Of a stretch of 64,000 nt of DNA, positions 1-12,300 are shown piece after piece. The number at the start of each line of letters is the position of its first letter. The first letter of the stretch is position 1. The notes under the pieces are model-generated. The model was not told the origin of the DNA. It did no database searches and was given only the letters and a program-made list of their open reading frames with translations. The stretch lies in the NCBI GenBank assembly GCA_965214615.1, contig OZ243952.1, forward strand, positions 2,573,734 to 2,637,733, read 5' to 3'. The position numbers and the translations under genes were made by a program. This DNA comes from Arenicellales bacterium (lineage in GTDB: Bacteria; Pseudomonadota; Gammaproteobacteria; Arenicellales; JAJDZL01).

Positions 1-350
1 CATCATCGTCTTCAACTTCAACTGTCGCCGACGATACCGAGCCCACCGTATAGCCATTTCCCGAATCCACGGTCGCGACGACAGTACTATCCGGTTCATC
101 CACAGCATCAGCAACCGTGCTGACACGCAGGGTCCCCGTTCCCGCGTTTTGGCTGCCAGCAACCGGTATGATTACCTGTTTGGATCCGATTCCAGAAGCC
201 GCAGTGACGCTGCCGCTCTCGCCGACTATGACATCTACAGTGAGGTTTGACGCCGGTGCAGGTGTTGCAGTCACTGTGAAACTCGCGTCCGTCCCCTCCG
301 TCGCAGGTGACGTGCCAGGGGCGATTGTGATATTCGGGTTCGCCGGATTG
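1..350 (-). repeat. Super-repeat SR17 (partial: A module only, continues beyond the window)
   Basis: This A module ends ...NGYTVGSVSSATVEVEDDD at 58..2. It is ~92% identical at nucleotide level to the A module of SR15 (1-150 vs 6331-6480). Confidence 0.7.
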
Positions 351-3300
351 TCATTGTCCAGAATAAAGGCGCTCCAGTGAAGAAGACGTGCCGAATCATC
401 AGGCGGCGTACTCGGATCGATCGTAATTTGTTTTTCCCCAGGATCACTTCTTAGCGAGAAGTTGAAAACCTCAGTCGATTCGACTTCATTGTCCTCGGTC
501 GCCGTAAAGGAAACCGACTTTTTTGTTTCTCCGGGAGCGAAAACGGCATCGAATCTAGTTTGCCCATTCTGCAACCTGTAATCGTTGACTTGATGAGCAG
601 ATTTCGTGCCTGGTGGACAAGGTGGAGTATTTAAAAAATCACAAGCATACAGATTAAATTCGAGTTCTTTTTCTGTACTCGCTGCCGGGGTCAAAGTTAT
701 CTCAATAGTTCCGCGCTCACCTTCGGTGACAGTTGGAACCTCAACTTTGAGTTTCCGCAAAGCCGAACCTGTGATGTCGTTCACTGTGACATCGAAACTG
801 TTCATCGAAGCGCTTGCGTGAGGAGCCGCGCCGCTCATTACGTTCGTGCCTAATGTAGGTTCACCGAATGCAGTGGTCGAACCGAGTGCAATCTCGAAGG
901 TCTCCCGATTCGCTCCGTTGCCTTCTGCCGTATTGTCGACTTGCGCCCACAATACCAGGATCGCAGACTGCGCTGCGGCATCTTCAAAACGCACAACCGG
1001 TGTCGAAGTGCTGCTGCCCGAAAGATTGACACCAGTGTTAATCGTCGCTCCGTGTTTTTCCCCCACGACCCAGTCAGCCGTGGTCACGCCAGTGCCGCCG
1101 ATGTCGAGCGGTACATCGACAATCTCACCTGCGGTCAGCTCTCGTGCCAGTGTTACTTTGAACTCAATCGACTGACCCTCATCGATAGCACCTGAGCCTG
1201 TGCGCGACAGGCTCACCACCACCGGGTCTGCGTCCGTTATGGTGCCGGTTGCGCCAAGAGTGACACTGCCACCGTCAAGAGTTGCATTCACAGGAGATGA
1301 AAGCCGGACTTTCACTGTCTCGTCAACGACTTCGTTTATTCCGTCATTCAGGACGGTGATGTCAATGTATTGGGTCGTTTCACCTGCGCCAAAGGTCAGT
1401 GTGCCTGCAGTCAGTGCACTATAGTCAACTCCCTGAGTTGCTGTGCCACCGGAAATCTCAGCATAATCGACAGTCACCTTCTTGCTACTTCGCGGCGCAA
1501 GCGTGACTGTGAACCGCAATGTCGAAGCGGTACCGTTGGTACCTTCGACAACACTCGGATCATCGATGGACAGCACCGGTTCATTATCGTCGTCTGTAAT
1601 TGAGAAGGCCACGGTGCCTGAACCGGCAGCGCCGCCACCGAGATTCGTACCTGAATCGGCATCCAGAGTGCCCAAACCCAGTGTCACCGACTCGTCTACC
1701 TCGTCGATCCTGTCGTTGACTGCTTGAATTGAAAGTGTTGCACGCCCCAAAGCTCCAGCTACGCTGGTAAAAACAATGGTCGGTGGCTGCTTCGCGATGT
1801 CAGCACTCGAAAGATTCTTGTAGCTGACTCCTTTAGGGATGACTGTGTCAAACGTGTAATCAGTACTTAATCGGTAATCTGTGAGGAATTCGGCAGCCCC
1901 TCCAAATATGAGTGGCACCTCCAGCATTTCATCGCCTTTAAGCACACGGCCAAGCTCGACTGTGAAATTCGTTCTTCCACGATTTGTACCGCCTCTCTCG
2001 GTAATTGCGGTTCCAACCGGAGACGAAAGCGTGACCTCGGTCGCATCGCTGTCAACAAGCTCAATACTGTGGCTGGTCGTGGTGCCAAGCTTGGCGTGAG
2101 CATCAGCGCCAAGATCCACGGAAAACGCTTCCACCAGTTCATCATCATTGTCATCAGTGAGTGTGACAATGATGTTCTTACTCACATCATCCTTGCCGAA
2201 AACGAAGCTCGTCATCGTAGTCGCAGTAAAATCACTGCCGCCTATCGCAGTACCGTCAACGGTGGTATAGCTGAGCGTCGCATCCACCAATGTAGTACCG
2301 GTCTTGGCAACGCTAAGCGTCACCGTACCGTCATCTTCGGCTACAGTGGTAGAAGATGTCGAAAATTCAAAACTTGGCACATCATCTGCATCGGTAATGG
2401 TGCCAATGGCTGAACGCGCGCTTGAGTTCAAGCTGAAGTGGGTCGTGCTATCGAGTGTCAAGGTAAGATAATGATCACTCTCGTAGGTTTGGTCATTGGT
2501 CGTCGCAATGCTCACGGTACCGCTTCGCTGACCTTGGGCGATGGTCAGTGTCGCATTGCTAGCCGCTGTATAGTCTGCACTGGTTGCAACCTGATAAGCC
2601 GCATCTGTCGGGTGGCTGCGCCCATCCGATGTCGAATAGACGATGTCCACACCCCCGCTTGGCGCGGCCCCCGGAAGCGTCACAGTGAATTCCACCGCAT
2701 TGCCCTCTGGCGCGCTGGCGGCGGTCACACTGATACCGGCATCATCGTCCAAAATCGGTATGGCAACCGAACCGGTGGCGTTGATTCCGCCCGACAACCC
2801 TGACGAAGAAGGCGCCCGGGCGCTTGTTCCGTAGGCAATGTTCAGCGTGCGAGCCATCTGGTCGCTGTTGTCAACCGCAGTAAATGTCAGTGTCGCAGTC
2901 CTTCCACCTGAACTTGAAAAAATTAAAGCCGGATGCTGGGCGCTGTGCGGGCTTTGCGTATTGAGCGTGACACCGGTGCTGCCATCTGTTAATCCATAGG
3001 TGTAATGTGTGGTTGCCGTTGCACCGGTCACCGCAAGCGGAACTGTCACACTTTCTCCGTCAGCCAATTGTCTTCCAAGCGTCACGGTCACATCTGCCGT
3101 GCCACCGTCCTCGGCTATACCCCCTGAACCTGAACGCGCAAGTGTCACGGTGGTGGCATCGTTGTCTTGAACTTCAACCGTCGCCGAAGGGGGTTCGACC
3201 ACCGTATAGCCGCTTCCTGATTCCACGGTCGCGACGATTGCGCCATCGAGTTCATCAACTTTGTCGCCATCCGTGCTGACAGTCAGCGTCGCTGTGCCCG

Positions 3301-6300
3301 CGTTTTGGCTGGTTGCAGACGGTATGATCACCTGTTTCGACCGGATGCCACCAGCGGGTGTAAAATTTCCTACCTCGCTGACCGCGACATCTACAGTGAG
3401 GTTTGCCGTTGGCGCAGGCGTTGCTGTCACTTGGAAACTCGCATCCGTCCCCTCGGTCACCGGCGACGTGCCAGAAGAAATCGTAATGTAGGGATTCGCC
3501 GGGTTATCATTGTCCAGGATAGCAACATGCCAAAAACGCCAAGGCCTTTCAGCATCATCCGGTGTAATCGCATAATCAGGCGGTGTACTCGGATGGATCT
3601 CTATTTTATTCGAATGTTCAGGGTATTGCAGTATGGCAATATATTCAGTCGATTCGACTAAACTGTCATCGGTCGTCGTAAAGGTGAATGACTGCTTCGT
3701 CTCGCCGGCGGCAAACATGACGAATTGGTACGATTGGTCATATTCTGATATGATGGAATAGTCAGCGCCATATGATGCAGGTTTCGTACCCGGCGGGCAA
3801 GGAGTGTATGAGCCGCAAGATGATCCATCAAATCCAAATATAGTTAGCTCGTCAAACGATCGACTTAAAGTCATTTCAACAGTGCCGCTCCCGCCTTCGA
3901 TAACAACGGCCGGGACATCAACCCTAAGTGTCCGCTTGACCGACCCCGTGATGTCGTTCACCACGACCTCGAAACTGTTCATCGAAGCGCTTGCGTGAGG
4001 AGCAGCGCCGCGCTTTACGTTCGTACCGAATGCAGGATTACCGAATGCAGTGTTCGATCCGAGTGCAACCTTGAAAGTCTCCAGAGTCGTTCCTGCGCCC
4101 TCAGCGGTGTTGTCGACATTTGCCTCGAGAATCAATGTCGCAATCTTGGCTCCTGCGTTTTTAAAACGTATCACCGGTGTCGAAGTGTTCGTGCTTGAGA
4201 GGCTGACACCACTGTTTAATGTCGCACCTGCTTTCTTGCTAAGATTCCAGTCCGCGGTGGTCACGCCCGTGCCACCGATATCAAGTGGCACATCAACTAT
4301 CTCATCTGCAACCAACACCCGGGACAACGTTACCGTGAGCTCTACCGTCTGACCCTCATCTATAGCCCCTGACCCTGACCGCGCCAAACTAACCTCGACC
4401 GGGTCATGGATGATGGTACCGGTTCCGTCAACGGTAACGCCGCCACCATTTAAAGATGCATTCACCGGAGATGAAAGCTGAACTTTCACAGTTTCATCCA
4501 TGAGTTCATGTTGGCCATCATTAAGCACTGTAATGTCAATGTATTTGGTCGTTTCGCCCGCTGCAAAAGTCAGTGTGCCCGCAGTCAGCGCTCTATAGTC
4601 AACTCCTTGCGTTGCCGTTCCACCTGAAGTCTCAGCATAATCCACGGTCACTTGCCGAGAGCTGGCAGCGGAGAGCTCTACCGTGAACCGTAAAGTCGAA
4701 GTAGTCCCGCTCACACCTTCGCCAACGCTCGGAGCGTCGATGGACAGTACCCGCCCGTCATCATCTTCAATTGCGAAGCTCACCATGCCTGATCCGGCGG
4801 CACCGCCGGCGAGGCTGACGTCTGAATTCACAATCAAAGTACCTAAACCGATGGTCACCGACTCTTGCGCTTCGTCGACGGAGTCGTCAATTGCCTTAAG
4901 GCCAAGTATCGCAAGCTTCGATGCTCCAGCCACACCGGAAAAAACGATGGTCGGCGGCTGGTTCACAAGATCAGTACTCGCAAGATTCTTGTAACGCACT
5001 CCTTTTGGAAGCGAAGTGAATCCTTTAAACGCGTAATCAACGGTCAAGCTGTAGTCTTCGCCGAAGACAGCATCGCCTCCAATATCAAGGGGCACCTCGA
5101 TCGTTTCGTCACCTGTCAGTGCGTGGCTAAGCTCGACTGTAAACGTCGTCCTTCCGCCTGTAGTGCTTCCGTCCTCGGTGATTGTGACCCCCGGGGACGA
5201 AAGCGTTACCCCAACCGGATCGTTGTCAGTAATCTCAATGGCGTGACTGGCCATGCTGCCAAGCTTGGCGTGTTCGCCCGCGGTGATATCTACGGTGAAC
5301 GATTCTGTCGGTTCATCGTCAGCATCATCGGTTATAGCCACAGTGATATCCTTGCTCGTATCGTTCTTGCCGAAAACAAGGTCTGTACTCTTGATCAAAG
5401 TGAAATCACTACCGCCCGTCGCGGTTCCGTCAACGGTGATATAGCTGACCGTCGCATCAAGCGGCGTGGCACCGGTCTTTTCGACGGTAAGTGTCAACGT
5501 ACCATCATCTTCTGCTGCATTGGTAGAGCTTGTCGAAAATTCAAAACTTGGCGCATCATCGTCATCGGTAATGGTACCAGTGGCTGAATTCGCATTTTGG
5601 TTTAAGCTGAAGTGATTCGTACTGTTGAGCGTCAACGTAAAATAATGATCGCTCTCGTAGATCTGATCATCTGTCGTTGCAATGCTCACGGTACCGCTTT
5701 GCTCACCTTGGGCGATGGTCAGTGTCGCCCCGCTTGCTGTCGTATAGTCTGAACTAGTCGCACTCTGATAGACCGGGTCTTGCGACTGTGCGCGCCCATC
5801 CGATGTCGAATAGACGATGTCTACACCCCCGCTTGGCGCAGCCTGCGGCAGCGTCACAGTGAATTCCACCGCATTGCCTTCTGGCGCGCTGGCGTCGGTC
5901 ACGCCGACCCCCGCATCATTGTCCAAGATCGATATGGCAACCGAACCGGTGGTGCTGATACCGCCCGATAGCCCAGTCCAAGAAGGTGCCCGGGTGCCTG
6001 TTCCTAAGGCAATGTTTAGCGTGCGTGCCGTCTGGTCGGCGTTATCAACTGCAGTGAATCTCAGTGTCGCGGTCTTTGCACCTGAACTTGAAAAGATTAC
6101 AGCCGGATTCTGAGCACCGTGCGGGCTTTGCGTATCGAGTGTGATACCGGTGCTGCCATCTGTCAATACATAGGTGTAATGCGTGGTTGCCGTTGCACCT
6201 GTCACCGCAAGAGGAACCGTCACACTTTCACCTGCAACCAAATGCCTTCCAAGCGTCACGGTCACATCTGCCGTACCGCCGGCCTCGGCGACCGCACCTG

Positions 6301-9300
6301 AACCTGAACGCGCAAGTGTCACAGTTGTAGCATCATCGTCTTCAACTTCAACTATCGCCGACGATGCCGTACCCACCGTATAGCCATTTCCCGAATCCAC
6401 AGTCGCGACAACAGTACCATCCGGTTCATCCACAGCATCAGCAACCGTGCCGACACTCAGGGTCCCGGTTCCCGCGTTCTGACCTGCAGCCGGTATGACG
6501 ACCTGTTTGGATCCGATTCCAGAAGCCGCAGTGACATTGCCGCTCTCGCCGACTATGACATCTACAATGAGGTTTGACGCCGGTGCAGGTGCTGCAGTCA
6601 CTGTGAAGATCGCATTCGTCCCCTCCGTCACAGGTGACGTGCCAGGGGCGATTGTGATATTCGGGTTCGCCGGGTTGTCATTGTCCAGGATAAAGCCGCT
6701 CCAGTGAAAAAGACGTCCCGAACCATCAGACGGCGTACTCGGATCGATCGTAATTTGTTGACTATCAGGATGATCTTTTAGTGCGAAGTTAAAAACCTCG
6801 GTCAATTCGACTTCATTGTCCTCGGTCGTTGTAAAGGAAATCGATTTTTTTGTTTCTCCAGAAGCGAAGACAGCATCGTATTTATTCATCCCACCTTGTA
6901 GCGTGAAATCGTTGATTTGATGCGCAGAATTTGTGCCTGGTGGACAAGGTCTATGTATGGCATCACAAGCGTATAGAATAAATTCGATTGTTTTTGCTAC
7001 ACTTGCTGCTGGGGTCAAAGTCAACTCAATAGTTCCGCTCTCACCTTCGGTGACAGTCGGCACAACAACGCTGAGCGTTCGTTTCTTGATTTCATTATCT
7101 GTAATTGCGAAACTTAAGGAGCCGGATCCTGACGCACCACCACCGAGATTCGTACCCGAATTCGCATCCAAAGTACCCAAACCAACTATCACCGATTCGT
7201 GCCCCTCGTTTTTTACAGAGTCATCGATAGATCTGATGGCGAGTGTCGTATCCCTCGATGCTTGCGCGACTGCAGTAAAAACAATGGTCGGCGGGCGTTT
7301 TACAGGGTCATTGCTCGAAAGATTCCTGTAGGAAACACCATTGGGATCTTTTATGTTCCCCCCTCCTACCAGGTAATCCCTGTCCAATTTGTAATCCACT
7401 CCAAAGGTAGCATCACCTGAAAAGTTAAGTGGCACCTCAAGCGTTTCATCACCTGCAAGTGCGCGGCCAAGCTGAACTGTAAATATCGCGCTTCCGTCCT
7501 CGGCGATTGCGGCCCCAACCGAGGATGAAAGCGTTACCTCAATCGCATCGTTATCAGCAATCTCAATGGCGTGACTGGTAGTGCTGCCAAGCCTGGCGTG
7601 TTCACCTGCGGCGATATCTACGTTGAACGATTCTGTCGGTTCATCGTCAGCGTCATCGTTTAGAGTCACGGTGATATTCTTGCTCGCATCGCGCTTGCCG
7701 AAAACAAGGTCGGTACTCTTGACCAAAGTGAAATCACTGCCGCTCGTCGCGGATCCGTCAACGGTGATATAGCTAACCGTCGCATCAAGCAGCGTGGCAC
7801 CGATCTTCTTGATGGTGAGCGTCACCGTTCCATCATCTTCGGCTGCAGAGGTAGAGGTTGTCGAAAATTCAAAACTTGGCGCATCATCGTCATCGGTAAT
7901 GGTGCCAGTGGCTGAATTCGCTCTTTGGTTTAGGGAGAATCGACTCGTTCTGTCAAGCGTCAACGTAAAATAATGATCGCTCTCGTAGATCTGATCATCT
8001 GTCGTTGCAATGCTCACGGTACCGCTTCGCTGACCTTGGGCGATGGTCAGTGTCGCACTGCTCGCTGCTGTATAGTCTGCACTGGTTGCAACCTGATAAG
8101 CCGCATCTGTCGACTGTCCGCGGCCATTTGATGTCGAATAGACGATGTCCACACCCCCGATTGGCGCAGCCTGCGGCAGTGTCACAGTGAATTCCACCGC
8201 GTCGCCCTCCGGCGCGCTGGCGTCGGTCACGCTGACCCCCGCATCATTGTCCAAGATCGATATGGCAACCGAACCGGTGGCGCTGATACCGCCCGATAGC
8301 CCAGTCGAAGAAGGTACCCGGGCACCTGTTCCATAGGCAATGTTCAGCGTGCGTGCCGTCCGGTCGCTGTTATCAACTGCAGTGAATCTCAGTGTCGCGG
8401 TCTTTGCACCTGAACTTGAAAAGATGACAGCCGGTTTCTGGGCGCTGTGCGGGCTTTGCGTATTGAGCGTGACACCTGTGCTGCCATCTGTCAATACATA
8501 GGTGTAATGTGTGGTTGCCGTTGCACCTGTCACCGCAAGCGGAACTGTCACACTTTCACCTGCAACCAATTGTCTTCCAAGCGTCACAGTTACATCCGCC
8601 GTTCCGCCGTCCTCGGCAACCGCACCTGAACCTGAACGCGCAAGTGTCACAGTTGTAGCATCATCGTCTTGAACTTCAACTGTCGCCGACGATGCCGTAC
8701 CCACCGTATAGCCACTGCCTGAGTCCACGGTCGCATGGATAGCACCATCCGGCTCATCCACAAAATCATCAACTGTGCTGATAATCAGCGTCGCAGTGCC
8801 CGCGTTGTGGCCGCCTGCCACTGGTATGATTACCTGTTTGGATCTGATCCGTGCTTTAGCGAAATTGCCGGTCTCACTGACTTTCACATCTACAGTAAGA
8901 TTTGTCTCAGGCGCAGGAGTTGCGGTCACCGTGAAGCTCGTATTTGCCCCTTCCGTCACAGATGACATGCCAGGGGCAATAGTGATGTTCGGGTTCGCCG
9001 GGTTATCGACGTCCAAGATAAAGGCGTTCCAGTGAAGAAGACGTCCAGAATCATCAGGCGGCGTACTGGGATCGATCGAAACTCCCTTGTCGTCAGGATT
9101 ATTTCTCAACCTGACGTTAAAAACCTCGGTCGTTTCGACTAAATTGTCGAGGACCGTGGCAATGGAAAACGACTTTTCTGTTTCTCCAGGAGCGAAGACA
9201 GCATCGAACACAGTATTACCACTGCCCTGTAGCCCGTAATCGTTGCCTAAATGCGCAGATTTCGTGCCTGGTGGACAAGGCGGAGTATTTAAGGCATCAC

Positions 9301-12300
9301 AAGGGTATAAACCAAAATTGAGTGTTATTTGTTCACTCGCTGCCGGGCTCAATGTTATTTTAATTGTGCCGCTCTCACCTTCGGTGATAGTCGGCACTTC
9401 AACTTTGAGCATTCGCTTCGTGATGTCATTGACGGTGACATTGAAACTGTTCCTGGCAGCGCTTGTGTGGGGGACAGCACCGCCTGCAACATTGGACTCA
9501 AGTGCATCTGCATTAAATGCCGAATTCGAACCGAGCGAAACCTTGAAGGTTTCTGAATCCGCTCCGCTGCCCTCTGCGGTGTTGTCAACCAGAGTCTCCA
9601 ATACCAGCGTCGCGGTCCACGCTCCCGCCCCCTTGAAACGCACAGTTGGAGACGAGGTGTCGGTGCCGAAAATAGTAATTCCTGTGTTGAAACTTAAACC
9701 TGTTTTTTTGCTCACGGACCAATCAGCCGTAGTCACGCCTGTTCCGCCGATTTCTAGCGGCACATCTATGATCTCACCTGCGACCAACGCCCGAACCAGC
9801 TTTACTGTGAATTCAACCGTCTGACCCTCATCGATGGTGCCTGAACCTGTTCGCGCAAGGCTCACCAAAGTCGGATCATTATCAGTAATGGTGCCTGTGG
9901 CTTCAAGGGTGTCACCTCCGCCTTTGAAAGTCGCATTGACTAAATTTGAAAGCTGTATTGCCACAGTCTCTTCGGTGGGGTCGTCGATGGCATCATCGAC
10001 AACAGTGATATCAATAAATTTGGTCGTCTCACCCACAGCAAAAGTCAGTGTTCCGGCGCTTAGTGCTTCGTAGTCTTGTCCCTGAGTCGCCGTATCGCCG
10101 GCAGTCTCAGAAAAATCGACGGTCACTGCCTCAGCGGCCGTCCCCGCGAGTGTCACCTTAAACTGCATGTTGCCATCCTCGGTAACGCTCGGGTCGTCAA
10201 TGGACAGCACCGGCAATGCATCGTTGTCTCTTATTGTGAAACCTATCTCACCCGAACCGATTGCCCCGCCATCAAGGTTCGTACCCGAATTCCCATCCAA
10301 AGTGCCCAAACCCACTGTGATCGATTCAGTCGACTCAATAAGCAGGTCGTTTTGGATCCACAAAAGCAGAACCGCGCGCTGTGACGCATTCGCCACGCCC
10401 GAAAATTTCACGGTTGGCGGTTTGTTCTTGTGGTCTGCGCTGTCAAGATTCATGAAGCTAACACCCGTATAGGACGATTCGGATAGACTAAGCGTATAGT
10501 CGAGACCGAACGTGGCATCACCTCCAAAAACAAGCGGTACAGCCAATGTCTCATCGCCGGTGAGCGCACGGTTGAGTTCTATCGTCACGGCAAAGCTTCT
10601 TTCCGCTTCCCGCGGTGAGGAGCCATTAAATCTGGATGAGAGCGTTACCTTGGTTGCATCGTTGTCGGTAATCTCGATGCTTTGACTGGACAGGTTGCCA
10701 AGCTTGGCGTGTTCACCTTCGCTGATGTCTACAGTGAACGATTCTGCCGGTTCATCATCGTCATCATCCGCTACAGTCACGGTAATATCCTTGCTCGTAT
10801 CGTCCTTGCCGAAAACAAGGTCTGCACTCCTGATTAAAGTGAAATCGTTACCGCTGCCGCCCGTCGCGGTTCCATCAACGGTGATATAGCTCAGTGTCGC
10901 ATCAAGCAGCGTTGTGCCAGTCTTTTGCACAGTGAGTGTCGCCGTACCATCACCTTCGTCTACAGCGCTGGAAGATGTCGAAAATTCAAAACTTGGCACA
11001 TCACCTTCATCGGTAATGGTACCAATGGCTGAATTCGCACTTTGGTTTAAGCTGAAGTGATTCGTGCTGTCGAGCGTCAACGTAAAATAATGATCACTCT
11101 CATAGGTTTGGTCATTGGTCGTCGCAATACTCACGGTGCCGCTTCGCTGACCTTGGGCGATGGTCAGTGTCGCCCCACTTGCTGTCGTATAGTCTGAACC
11201 ACTCGCACTCTGATAGACCGCGTCTGTCGACTCGCCGCGTCCATCCGATGTCGAATAGACGATGTCCACACCCCCGCCTGGCGCATCCTGCGGAAGTAAT
11301 ACAGTGAATTCCACCGCATTGCCCTCTGACGCGCTTGCGTCAGTCACGCCGATGCCAGCCTCATCGTCGACGATGGGTATGGTGAGCGATCCAGTCGCGC
11401 TAATACCACCGGAAAGCCCAATCGAAGACGGCGCTCGGGCGCCTGTTCCGTAGGCAATGTTCAACGTGCGGGCTGTCTGATCGTTGTTGTCAACTGCAGT
11501 AAATCTCAGTGTCGCGGCCTTCGCACCGGCATCTGAAAAAATGACAGCCGGAATCTGCATACTGTGCGGGTTCTGCGTATTGAGCGTGACGCCGGTACTG
11601 CCATCTGTCAATACATAGGTGTAATGTGTGGCTACCGTTGCACCTGTCACCGCAAGCGGAACTGTCACACTCTCACCGTCGACCAATTCTCTGCCAAGCG
11701 TCACGGTTACATCCACCGTTCCACCGTCCTCGAAAATGCCGCCTGACCCAGTACGCGCAAGTGTCACGGTTGTCACATCGTCATCCAAAACATCAACTGT
11801 CGCCGAGGTTGATGTTCCCAGCGTATATCCGGTACCGGAGTCCAGGGTCGCAAGGATAGCGCTATTGAGTTCGTCGACCGTGTCAGCTATCGTGCTGATG
11901 GTCAGTGTCGCGGTTCCCTCGTTCTGGCTGCCTGCAGCCGGGACAGTCACCTGTCTCGAACCGACACCATCACTGGCAGCAACATTGCCAGACTCGCTGA
12001 CAGAAACATTGACAGTGAGATCTGTCGCCGGCGCAGGTGCCGCTGTCACTGTGAAACCCGCGCCCGTCCCTTCCGTCACAGGTGACGTGCGAGGGGCAAT
12101 GGTGATGTTTGGGTTGTTCGGGTTGTCATTATCCAAAATACGGGCGAGCCAGTACGCTTCTGTCCCATAGGTACCGCCGCTTGTTGGATAAAAACCGTAA
12201 GGCGGTGTATTTGAATCTAAAGTGGCTTCACCGGGAAAGAGCAAACGCAAAGAGATAATAAAAACCTCAGTTGGCTCAACCTCGCTGTCATCGGTTGTCG

